The notes under the pieces: generated by a model
Seen by the model: only the letters and a program-made list of their open reading frames with translations
Told to the model about the DNA's origin: nothing
Database searches by the model: none
In this document: positions 24,411 through 32,000 of the stretch, piece by piece
How the letters are laid out: each line of letters begins with the position of its first letter
Position numbering within the stretch: position 1 is the first letter of the stretch
Source: Propionibacterium ruminifibrarum
Lineage (GTDB): Bacteria > Actinomycetota > Actinomycetes > Propionibacteriales > Propionibacteriaceae
Length of the DNA: 32,000 bases
Assembly (NCBI RefSeq): GCF_900289195.1
Contig: NZ_OMOH01000005.1
Coordinates: 30,001-62,000 of the forward strand
Reading direction: 5' to 3'
Position numbers and translations under genes: made by a program

Positions 24411-25411
24411 GACTCATGAGACATCTGGTACGGCAGGCGCGACGCGTCGGCCTCGTCGGCGTCCTCGCCGCGGTCCTGGCGCTCCTCGCGCCGGGCCCGG
24501 CCAAGGCGGCGCCCGCCGAGGCGATGGCGCCCCGGGTGCTCCTCTCCGCCTTCGCCACGATCCCCGAGGAACCCGCGGCCGGCGAGGAGTTCACCGTCAA
24601 CCTCACGCTGAAGAACGCGTCATCCACCACCGGTGTGCAGAACCTCAAGACGACCATCAGCGCCCCCGACGGCTCCCTGCTGCCGGTCGGCGGCGCCGCC
24701 TCGGTGTACACCCAGTGGATCGGGGCGGGGGCCGCCGTCGGCTACGAGCTGCGGTTCCAGTCCCTGCCGACCGCAGAGGAGGGCCCGCACCAGCTCACCC
24801 TGCACGTCGACTACGAGGAGGCGGCCGGCGGCACCGCGCTGGTCTCCGACGAGACGATGACGGTGCGCGTCAGACAGCACACCCGGGTCGAGACCTCGGA
24901 GCTGGAGCTGCAGCCGTCGAACCTGACCGTCGGCCAGGACACCAACCTCAGCTTCAGCGTGCTGAACAAGGGCAAGAACAAGCTCTACAACACCTCCGTC
25001 GCTGTCAAACCCGACCAGGCGGTCACCGCGCCGGAGCAGTTCGTCGGCACTATCGAGGCCGGCACGGCGGGGGCGGTGGACATGGTGCTGCACGCCGATG
25101 CCGCATCGAACGCCCCGGTGACCCTGGTGATCAGTTACGAGGACGCGGGCGGGACCGTCACGACGTTCGAACGGCAGGTCGAGCTGATCATCGACGAGCC
25201 GCCCACCTCGGAACCAGTCCCCGAGGAGCAGATGCAGTCCACCGGCGTGGCACTGAGCCCGCTGGCGATCGTGGTGCCGCTCGCCCTCGTGGTTGCCCTG
25301 GTCATCGTTCTCATCGTGCGCAGGCGGCGCAAGCGGGCTGCTGCTAACGCCGAGGAGTTCCTCGCCGCCCTCGACGCCGAGCCCCCGCTCATGCCCGAGG
25401 ACCAGGAGTGA
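24407..25411 (+). CDS. Secreted, C-terminally membrane-anchored beta-rich surface protein of the ABC operon
   Basis: ATGA overlap with the ATPase stop. Signal peptide MRLMRHLVRQARRVGLVGVLAAVLALLAPGPAKAAPA. Two repeated beta-sandwich-like segments (EEFTVNLTLKNAS..., QDTNLSFSVLNKG...). C-terminal TM helix followed by RRRRKR. Confidence 0.65.
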   Translation: MRLMRHLVRQARRVGLVGVLAAVLALLAPGPAKAAPAEAMAPRVLLSAFATIPEEPAAGEEFTVNLTLKNASSTTGVQNLKTTISAPDGSLLPVGGAASVYTQWIGAGAAVGYELRFQSLPTAEEGPHQLTLHVDYEEAAGGTALVSDETMTVRVRQHTRVETSELELQPSNLTVGQDTNLSFSVLNKGKNKLYNTSVAVKPDQAVTAPEQFVGTIEAGTAGAVDMVLHADAASNAPVTLVISYEDAGGTVTTFERQVELIIDEPPTSEPVPEEQMQSTGVALSPLAIVVPLALVVALVIVLIVRRRRKRAAANAEEFLAALDAEPPLMPEDQE

Positions 25412-25414
25412 GCC

Positions 25415-26740
25415 ATGCGCTGGGGCGACCTGTTCGAGATGAGCCTGTCGAGCCTGCGTCAGCGCCGCTTCCGCACGGCGCTGACCGCGCTCGGCGTGGT
25501 CATCGGCACGATGTCCGTCATCGTCATGGTCTCGCTCGGCCTGGGCATGTCGAGGGCGACGATGGAGTCCTTCGGTGAGAACTCCAGCTTCACCCGGGTG
25601 AGTGTGCTGCCCAACCAGGGGTCGACGAAGAAGTACAAGCTCGACGCGGAGACGATCAACGACCTGACCGGCAGGAACGGCGTCACCCATGTCACGCCCG
25701 TCTATGACGTGTCCATGACGGCAAGGGTCGGGACCAAGACCGGCACCATCACCGTCTCGGGCATGTCGGCCGAGCACCTGGAGCACCGGAATCTGCAGTT
25801 GTCGGAAGGCGCCCTGCCCAAACCCGGCAACGGTCTCACCTTCGCCGTGGGCGGCTCCCTGGGCACCTTCTTCGGTGAGGATCCCTATGGCGAGATGCCG
25901 GCCGACAAGAGCATCGACTTCATGGCCCAGCCGATGTTCGTCACGCCGGCGAGCGACCAGACGCGGAACGGGGCCGCCGAGGTGCCGACCTCCGACCTGC
26001 AGGGGTCGGCGGCCCAGGAGCACTCCAAGAAACTCGTCGTGCCGGTTACGGGGGTTGTTCAGAAGAGCGCGAGTGGTTACGCCGCCGAGGACACCGCCGT
26101 CTACTGCGACCTCGACGAACTCGTCAGGGCGTTGCAGCGGGCGAATCCCGGCAGGGCCCTGCCCGGCCAGCCGAGCAACACCTCCGGCGGACCCAAGGGC
26201 CCCTTCATCTACTCGCACATCGACCTCGACACCGAGAGCGTCGAACAGGCCGAGGCGCTCACCCGAGAGCTCCGCTCGGCCGGCTACACGGTGCAGAGCA
26301 ATGTGGAACTCCTGCAGGAACTGCAGAGGCAGTCGGCCATCGTGCAGGGCGTGTTCGGTGGCATCGGCTTCATCTCGCTGTTCGTCGCAGCCATCGGCAT
26401 CGCAAACACGATGATGATGTCGGTGTACGAACGCACCCGCCAGATCGGCATCATGAAGGTGCTCGGTGCGGCGATCCGCGACATCCGGCGGGCCTTCCTG
26501 GTGGAGGCCGCGACGATCGGTTTCCTCGGTGGCACGGCAGGGCTGCTGCTGAGCCTGCTGCTGTCGGCGGCGCTCAACGCGACCCTCGGCGTCTCCGTCG
26601 GCGCCGACATCTCGGTGATCACCCCGTGGATGGCCGTCGCCGCGGTCGTCTTCTCGACGCTCATCGGCACGGTGGCGGGGCTCATGCCCGCCCAGCGGGC
26701 GATGCGGCTGAGCCCCCTGGCCGCCCTGCGCGCCGAGTGA
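25415..26740 (+). CDS. ABC transporter permease, FtsX/MacB type
   Basis: N-terminal TM FRTALTALGVVIGTMSVIVMVSLG, a large extracytoplasmic domain, and a C-terminal FtsX-type three-helix domain (IGIANTMMMSVYERTRQIGIMKVLGA). Confidence 0.9.
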   Translation: MRWGDLFEMSLSSLRQRRFRTALTALGVVIGTMSVIVMVSLGLGMSRATMESFGENSSFTRVSVLPNQGSTKKYKLDAETINDLTGRNGVTHVTPVYDVSMTARVGTKTGTITVSGMSAEHLEHRNLQLSEGALPKPGNGLTFAVGGSLGTFFGEDPYGEMPADKSIDFMAQPMFVTPASDQTRNGAAEVPTSDLQGSAAQEHSKKLVVPVTGVVQKSASGYAAEDTAVYCDLDELVRALQRANPGRALPGQPSNTSGGPKGPFIYSHIDLDTESVEQAEALTRELRSAGYTVQSNVELLQELQRQSAIVQGVFGGIGFISLFVAAIGIANTMMMSVYERTRQIGIMKVLGAAIRDIRRAFLVEAATIGFLGGTAGLLLSLLLSAALNATLGVSVGADISVITPWMAVAAVVFSTLIGTVAGLMPAQRAMRLSPLAALRAE

Positions 26741-26788
26741 CCAGGAGCGGCCGGGGGCTGTTTCGGTGCGTGGTCTCCGCCGTCTCCG

Positions 26789-26830
26789 CCGGTCGGGCGG
26801 CCCGCTCCTCCTGACGGGCCGCCCGACCGG
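26789..26830. terminator. Strong bidirectional hairpin between the convergent ABC permease and GH3 genes
   Basis: Perfect 15-bp arms ccggtcgggcggccc / gggccgcccgaccgg with a 12-nt loop. Confidence 0.7.
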
Positions 26831-26845
26831 GTTCGGGCCCGAGGG

Positions 26846-29179
26846 TCAGGCCTGACGGGCCTGCACTTCGTCGAGCAGCGCCCGGTAGGCGTCCTGGGCC
26901 AGGAGTGAGCCGGGCATCCGCACGAGCCGCTCCAGCGGCATCGAGGCGAACAGCTCGTAGGCGTCTGAGGACTCCATGTCCGCGACGAAGGCCTCGGCCT
27001 CGGCGCGCAGCAGCGGCCCGCCGTCCGGGTGCGCCACCCACTCGGCGTAGGTGGAGTTGTGGCGGAGCGGGGGCACGGGCTCCGGCGCGGTGACCTGCAG
27101 GGGCAGCACCGCCCCGGCATCCCTGCTGGAGAAGCCGACCTGGGCGTCGTAGGCGCCGGGTTCGACCTGCCAGGCGCTGGTGTCCTCGTCCCAGAAGGAG
27201 AGGTCTCGCCGGGTCACGGCGAACTCGAACGGCGCCGACTGTCCCGGGGCCAGGGTGATCTTCTCGTAGCCGCGCAGCTCGCGGGGCACCCGCGCGACCC
27301 GCGACCCGTCGCGCCTGCCCAGGTAGAGCTGGACGACCTGGGAGCCCTCACGGCGGCCCGTGTTCGTCAGCGTGCCGCGGACGACGGCGACGGTCTCGCC
27401 CAGGCCGGTGCCTTCGGTGACCGTCACGGCGGGATCGGCGCGCACGTCGGAGAGCTCGAACGTCGTGTACGTGAGGCCGAAACCGAACGGGTAGGCGACC
27501 TCCCGGCCCATCGCGTCCAGGCCCCGGTACCCGACGAAGACGCCCTCGCCGTAGTCGACCCGTGAACCGGAGCCGGGGAAGTTGAGCTGGGCCGGTACGT
27601 CGGCCAGTGCCAGGGGGATCGACTCGGCGAGGTGCCCGCCGGGGCAGACCCTGCCGAGCAGGACGTCTGCGGTGGCCGAGCCGCCGCCCTGGCCGCCCAG
27701 CCAGCACTCCAGCAGGGCATCGACCCTCTCGTGCCACGGCGCCACCGAGACCATCGAGCCGTTGGCCAGGACGACGACGGTGCGTGCGGCGACCGACGCA
27801 ACGCGCTCGACGAGAGCGGTCTGGGCGGCCGGCAGGTCGATGCCGTCCCGGTCGTAGCCCTCGGACTCGGCCGCGGCGGGGAGCCCGGCGAAGAGAACGA
27901 CCGTGGCCCCACGGGCCGCCTCGACGGCCCGGTCGGCCAGTTCGTCGTCGGTGAGTTGCTGCCCCGGCTCGCCGGCGGCCTCGGCCAGCCGGTAGCCGGG
28001 CTCGAACCGGACGGCCCCGCCAAGCCGTTCGCGCAGCGCGTCGAGCGCCGAGTCCAGCATCGTGGGATTGACCTGGCTCGACCCGGCGCCCTGGTAGCGG
28101 GGCGTGCGGGCGAACTCGCCGATCACGACGAGTGGATCCTCGGCGGTGACGTGCCCGGCGTCGAGCGGCAGGGCCGGCGAGCCGTCCACCTGCTCGTTGC
28201 GCAGCAGCACGGTGCCTGCCACGGCCGCCCGGCGGGCGAGCTCGTGGTGGGCCGCCGCGTCGTAGCCGTCGCCAGTGCCGGCGGCCTGGGCGGCGAGGAT
28301 GAGCGCCACGATGCGCCGGGCGGACCGGTCGAGCACCGCCTCGTCGAGCTCCCCGGAGCGCACCGCCCGGGCGATCTGCTCGTCGGTCTCCCCGCCCGAG
28401 GCCGGCATCTCGAGGTCGAGGCCGGCGGCCAGGGCCGGCACCCGCTGGTCGACCGCACCCCAGTCGGAGACGACGAGCCCGCCGAAGCCCCAGTCCTCGC
28501 GCAGCACCGTCGTGAGCAGCCAGGGGTGCTGTGAGGCGTAGGTGCCGTTCACCTTGTTGTACGAGCACATCACCGTCCACGGGCGGGTCTGCGTGACGAT
28601 CCGCTCGAAGGCCGGCAGGTAGATCTCGCGCAGCGCCCGTTCGCCGACGCGGGCGTCGACGCGCATCCGGTCGGTCTCCTGGCTGTTCGCGGCGAAGTGC
28701 TTCACGCTCGTGCCCACCCCTTGGGACTGCACGCCGCGGACCATCGCGGCCCCGGCGCGCCCGGCGACCAGGGGGTCCTCGGAGAAGTACTCGAAGTTGC
28801 GGCCGCACAGGGGCGACCGCTTCATGTTGACGCCCGGGCCGAGGATGACCGCCACGTCGGCCGCCCGCGCCTCCCGGCCGAGAGCGGCACCCACCTGTTC
28901 GAGCAGGGCGTCGTCCCACGTCGAGCCGAGGGCCGCCGCGGTGGGGAAACACGTCGCCGGCACCGCCTGACCGATGCCGAACTCGGCGCTGTCGGTCGCC
29001 TTCCGCAGCCCGTGCGGGCCGTCGGTGACCATGACGGATCCCAGGCCCAGTCGCTCGACCGTCTTGAGGTGCCAGAAGTCGGCTCCGGATGTGAGGGAGG
29101 CCTTCTCGTCGAGCGACATGGCCGCGACGAGCTCACGGGCCCGCTCGGTGAAGTCATCGGGGTGAACGGTGGTGCTCAT
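26846..29179 (-). CDS. Glycoside hydrolase family 3 (beta-glucosidase-like)
   Basis: ATG 29179 with SD GAAGGAG. MSLDEKASLTSGADFWH, VMVTDGPHGLRK, and GH3 nucleophile region GLVVSDWGA. The tracked N-terminal extension to 29515 is rejected. Confidence 0.9.
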   Translation of the reverse strand: MSTTVHPDDFTERARELVAAMSLDEKASLTSGADFWHLKTVERLGLGSVMVTDGPHGLRKATDSAEFGIGQAVPATCFPTAAALGSTWDDALLEQVGAALGREARAADVAVILGPGVNMKRSPLCGRNFEYFSEDPLVAGRAGAAMVRGVQSQGVGTSVKHFAANSQETDRMRVDARVGERALREIYLPAFERIVTQTRPWTVMCSYNKVNGTYASQHPWLLTTVLREDWGFGGLVVSDWGAVDQRVPALAAGLDLEMPASGGETDEQIARAVRSGELDEAVLDRSARRIVALILAAQAAGTGDGYDAAAHHELARRAAVAGTVLLRNEQVDGSPALPLDAGHVTAEDPLVVIGEFARTPRYQGAGSSQVNPTMLDSALDALRERLGGAVRFEPGYRLAEAAGEPGQQLTDDELADRAVEAARGATVVLFAGLPAAAESEGYDRDGIDLPAAQTALVERVASVAARTVVVLANGSMVSVAPWHERVDALLECWLGGQGGGSATADVLLGRVCPGGHLAESIPLALADVPAQLNFPGSGSRVDYGEGVFVGYRGLDAMGREVAYPFGFGLTYTTFELSDVRADPAVTVTEGTGLGETVAVVRGTLTNTGRREGSQVVQLYLGRRDGSRVARVPRELRGYEKITLAPGQSAPFEFAVTRRDLSFWDEDTSAWQVEPGAYDAQVGFSSRDAGAVLPLQVTAPEPVPPLRHNSTYAEWVAHPDGGPLLRAEAEAFVADMESSDAYELFASMPLERLVRMPGSLLAQDAYRALLDEVQARQA

Positions 29180-29300
29180 GGCTGCTCCTTCGGCAGGGCG
29201 GATTTCATCAGGGTAGTGCCGTCCCGGTCGGCCGCCGCAGACCAGCGGACCGGGCATCGGCCGGGGTCGGGAAGAGTGGGGCCATGACCCCGTATGCGAG

Positions 29301-29331
29301 CTCCCCCGGAGCCGTGGAGGCGCCGGGGGAG
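29301..29331 (-). terminator. Hairpin downstream of uidA
   Basis: 9-bp arms ctcccccgg / ccgggggag with a 13-nt loop, 21 nt past the uidA stop on the minus strand. Confidence 0.45.
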
Positions 29332-29351
29332 TGCTCACTGGCCGGTCGGGG

Positions 29352-31190
29352 TCACTTCTTGTAGTCGAAGTCGGGGATCTCGTGCCAGCGCCGCCTGAAC
29401 CAGTGGGCCGCCAGCTTCGGCTTGCGGTCGCGGGTGAAGACGCCCTTCTTGTTGCCCTGGACGCGCAGCATCGACTGGCTCGTGGCGAAGTCCGCGAAGT
29501 TCCACAGCTGCTCACCGACGACGAAGTCGAACTCGTCGAGCACCCGGCAGTTCATCGCGTAGTAGTCCACCTGGTACTCCTCGGTGTACATGACCGGGGT
29601 CGTGTCGTGCAGGCCGGCCACCGTGTCCGCCCCGAACTCGGTCATCACGACCGGCTTGCCGAGCTCGGCCCAGCCGGTCAGCTCGTCCCGGAAGGCCCGC
29701 TCGGAGACCTCCAGGTCGGGGCCGCCGAAGTACCAGCCGTAGTAGCGGTTGAGGCAGATGACATCGCTCAGCCGCGCCGAGCAGTCGGTGTGCGGGGCGT
29801 CGTTCATCTGCACCGAGACGAGCGTGCACGGCCGCTTGGCCGGGTCGAGCTCACGGGCCAGGTCGAACAGTGGTTTGAAGTACTCGTAGGCGCCCTCGGC
29901 GCCGGAGTCCGGCTCGTTCGCGATGCTCCAGAGCACGACGCAGGCGTGGTTCTTGTCGCGGGCGATGAGGTCGCGGATGACCTCGCGATGCGCCTGCGCC
30001 GTCCGGACGCCGCGCTCGGGGTCGAAGGTCTCGATGCGTTCGCCGCCGAAATTGGCGCCGCCGCCGAACTTCAGGTTGATGCCGACGGCCGTGGTCTCGT
30101 CGATGACGACGATGCCCTCGGCGTCGCACTGGCGCATCATCTCCTCCGAGTACGGGTAGTGGCTCGTGCGGAAGCTGTTGGCGCCCTGCCAGCCCATGAT
30201 CGCGATGTCGCGGGTGTTCATCGGCAGGTTGATGCCGCGGCCGGCCGGGAAGGTGTCCTCGTGCTTGCCGTAGCCCTTGAAGTAGAAGGGCCGTTCGTTG
30301 ATGAGGAATTTCGTGCCGTCGACGCGAACCGTGCGGATGCCGAAGGGCTCGGTGTAGACGTCCTCGCCGAACCGCACCCGCACCTGGTACAGGTGGCCGG
30401 CGCCCGGCTGCCACAGCGTCGGGTTGGCGACCGTGAGCCGGCCGCTCGTGCCGGAGGACTCGTCGATCCGCGTGCCGTCGGCGTCGAGCAGCTCGACGGA
30501 GCACGCCCCGTCGCCGACCGTGGTGACCTGGTAGTTCACGGTGGCCCTGGCCGCCGTGCCCGCCTCGGCGTCGATGCCCTCGACGTCGCTGGTCAGGGCG
30601 ATGTCGGCGATGTAGGACCGGGGCGTGGTGCAGAGCCGGACCGGGCGAGTGATACCGCAGTAGTTGAAGAAGTCGAAGTTGGGGTGGTTCTGCTTCTTGG
30701 CCTGCTCGGGGGCCTCGGCGATACCGCCCATCATGCCGCCGAGCATGTCACCTTTGCCGCCCACCGGCAGCGTCGTGTAGTCGATGACGTTGTCGACGGC
30801 GATGGTCAGCAGGTTCTCGCCCTCATCCAGGTGCCCGTCCAGTTCGACCTCGAACGGCAGGAAGCCGCCGTGGTGCTCGGCGACGAGTTCACCGTTCAGG
30901 TACACCCGCGCGTGGTGGGTGACTGCGTCGGCGCGCAGCACGACGCGCTGGTCGCGCAGGGCGGCCGGCACCGAGATCGTGCGCTGGTAGAAGACCCAGC
31001 CGTAGTGGTCACGGAAGTCGATGCCCTCCTTCAGGTCGTTGTAGGAGGCCGGCACCGGCATGGTCATGGCATCGGCGAGAGGGGCGGCGTACCACTTCTC
31101 GTCGAAGCCGGTGCCGTCGTCGAGCTTGAAGTCCCAGACGCCGCCGAGGTCGACGACCACGCGGGAGTCGGTCATTGTCGGGTAGAGCAT
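29352..31190 (-). CDS. uidA: Beta-glucuronidase (GH2)
   Basis: ATG 31190 with SD GAGGAG. Acid/base region VVLWSIANEP and nucleophile region VVMTEFGAD. The glucuronidase-specific WNFADFATSQSMLRVQGNKKGVFTRDRKPK closely mirrors the E. coli GUS C-terminal N-K motif. 612 aa. Confidence 0.9.
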   Translation of the reverse strand: MLYPTMTDSRVVVDLGGVWDFKLDDGTGFDEKWYAAPLADAMTMPVPASYNDLKEGIDFRDHYGWVFYQRTISVPAALRDQRVVLRADAVTHHARVYLNGELVAEHHGGFLPFEVELDGHLDEGENLLTIAVDNVIDYTTLPVGGKGDMLGGMMGGIAEAPEQAKKQNHPNFDFFNYCGITRPVRLCTTPRSYIADIALTSDVEGIDAEAGTAARATVNYQVTTVGDGACSVELLDADGTRIDESSGTSGRLTVANPTLWQPGAGHLYQVRVRFGEDVYTEPFGIRTVRVDGTKFLINERPFYFKGYGKHEDTFPAGRGINLPMNTRDIAIMGWQGANSFRTSHYPYSEEMMRQCDAEGIVVIDETTAVGINLKFGGGANFGGERIETFDPERGVRTAQAHREVIRDLIARDKNHACVVLWSIANEPDSGAEGAYEYFKPLFDLARELDPAKRPCTLVSVQMNDAPHTDCSARLSDVICLNRYYGWYFGGPDLEVSERAFRDELTGWAELGKPVVMTEFGADTVAGLHDTTPVMYTEEYQVDYYAMNCRVLDEFDFVVGEQLWNFADFATSQSMLRVQGNKKGVFTRDRKPKLAAHWFRRRWHEIPDFDYKK

Positions 31191-31229
31191 TCTCCTCGTC
31201 TCCGTTCGATTGTGCTGAGGATGGGCTGA

Positions 31230-31273
31230 GGCGCCCCGCGGTGCCGGCCGTGGCCGGCTCACCGCGGGGCGCC
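31230..31273 (-). terminator. Long GC hairpin between the GPH transporter and uidA (terminator or attenuator)
   Basis: ggcgccccgcggtg-ccggcc-gt-ggccgg-ct-caccgcggggcgcc gives about 20 bp of stem with one 2-nt bulge. It lies in the 95-nt gap between two co-directional genes. Confidence 0.55.
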
Positions 31274-31285
31274 GGAGGGGGTTGG

Positions 31286-32000
31286 TCAGGCCTTGGCCTC
31301 GCGCTGGGCGGCAAGCTGGGCGGCGTTGGCGTCCACGCGCTTCTTGTTCAGCGGGTACAGGAACCACAGGGCGAAGAAGAGCAGGGCGAAGGAGACGCCG
31401 GGCACCAGGCAGGTGATGTTGTAGATGCCGTCGGTGACCTCGGGGGTGAAGCCGGTCTCCGCCTTGTAGCCCACGACCGACAACAGGATGCCGGTCAGGC
31501 CGGCAGATCCGGCCTGACCGAGCTTGCGGGCCCACGAGTAGGTGGCGTACACGGTGCCGTCCTGGCGGTCGCCGAAACGCACCTCGGTGTCGTCGATGAC
31601 GTCGATGATCATGGCCCAGCAGATGAGCGAGAAGGAGGCCACACCGAGCCAGGCGAAGACGTAGAAGGCGATCCAGACTCGGACGTCATGGGTGTGGGCG
31701 AAGAAGGCGGCGAACAGGGCCACGGCGGAGATGGCGATGGTCACCATGGAGATCTCCTTCTTGCCGAACCTGCGGGCCAGGGCCGGCGTGAAGACCGACA
31801 GCACCAGCGTGATCGCGGCGCCGATGAAGGTGATGTACGAGAGCATCGAGGGGCTGTTGAAGTAGTTCGGGTAGATGTAGTTGCCCATGTTGCCCAGCGA
31901 GAGCTGGCCGACGAGCAGCAGCAGCGCGCAGACGACGATGCCGATGAGCGCGCGGTTGGTGAACAGGTACTTCAGCAGGTAGGTGAGGGAGAACTTCTGG
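31286..32000 (-). CDS. Glycoside-pentoside-hexuronide (GPH) family symporter, probable glucuronide transporter; 5' end beyond the window
   Basis: Polytopic C-terminal half with a GPH-like sequence (DDTEVRFGDRQDGTVYATYSWARKLGQA). The frame stays open to base 32000. It lies immediately upstream of uidA on the same strand. Confidence 0.85.
   Translation of the reverse strand, partial: QKFSLTYLLKYLFTNRALIGIVVCALLLLVGQLSLGNMGNYIYPNYFNSPSMLSYITFIGAAITLVLSVFTPALARRFGKKEISMVTIAISAVALFAAFFAHTHDVRVWIAFYVFAWLGVASFSLICWAMIIDVIDDTEVRFGDRQDGTVYATYSWARKLGQAGSAGLTGILLSVVGYKAETGFTPEVTDGIYNITCLVPGVSFALLFFALWFLYPLNKKRVDANAAQLAAQREAKA

Noticed and set aside
26846-29515. Tracked N-terminal extensions of the GH3 gene (to 29515) and of uidA (to 31535).
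   Set aside because: The extensions are Arg/Pro/Ser-rich and overlap neighbouring genes or intergenic hairpins. The internal ATGs at 29179 and 31190 have GGAG-type Shine-Dalgarno sequences and give proteins that begin where the family homology begins.

Overview
This is a high-GC (roughly 65-70%) actinobacterial-type chromosomal window. All calls come from reading motifs in the supplied ORF translations and the raw sequence; no homology search was possible. Bases 1-10872 form a same-strand defence locus. Its core is a SNF2 helicase with a DUF3883 nuclease-like tail, a DUF1156 DNA methyltransferase and a DUF499 P-loop ATPase with an N-terminal HEPN domain. As I recall, comparative-genomic surveys predicted this helicase/methylase/ATPase triad as an R-M-like defence module, but it remains mechanistically uncharacterised. 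Here the triad is split between methylase and ATPase by three accessory modules: an Abi_2/AbiD-F-like HEPN protein, a DUF1016/YhcG-like PD-(D/E)xK nuclease and a MazEF-type toxin-antitoxin pair. The module junctions carry repeats. A 40-bp direct repeat duplicates the RBS and first 7 codons (MAMNNRD) of the ATPase onto the nuclease gene. A 60-bp hairpin-forming repeat sits at two junctions. A pair of ~19-bp inverted repeats brackets mazEF. The methyltransferase also has an internal low-GC patch between motif I and motif IV, consistent with a swapped target-recognition region. Directly downstream (10873-13476) is a ~2.6-kb AT-rich (~40-50% GC) island. It has ~1 kb without a credible ORF and one orphan 418-aa ORF carrying an Rx4H (HEPN-like) motif, which I consider the best candidate for something undescribed. 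The rest of the window looks ordinary or accessory. It contains a TetR regulator killed by an in-frame TGA next to an MFS pump, a second MFS pump with a divergent ArsR-type regulator, an alpha/beta hydrolase, and a TetR regulator divergent from a cytochrome-b5-like membrane protein plus a CHY zinc-finger protein. It also contains a TRIC/UPF0126 channel, three tandem paralogous lipoproteins, an HExxH membrane peptidase, a MacB/FtsX-type ABC transporter with an embedded surface protein, and a glucuronide-utilisation cluster (GH3, GH2 beta-glucuronidase, GPH symporter, truncated at the window end). I recognised no rRNA, tRNA, CRISPR array, transposase or integrase.
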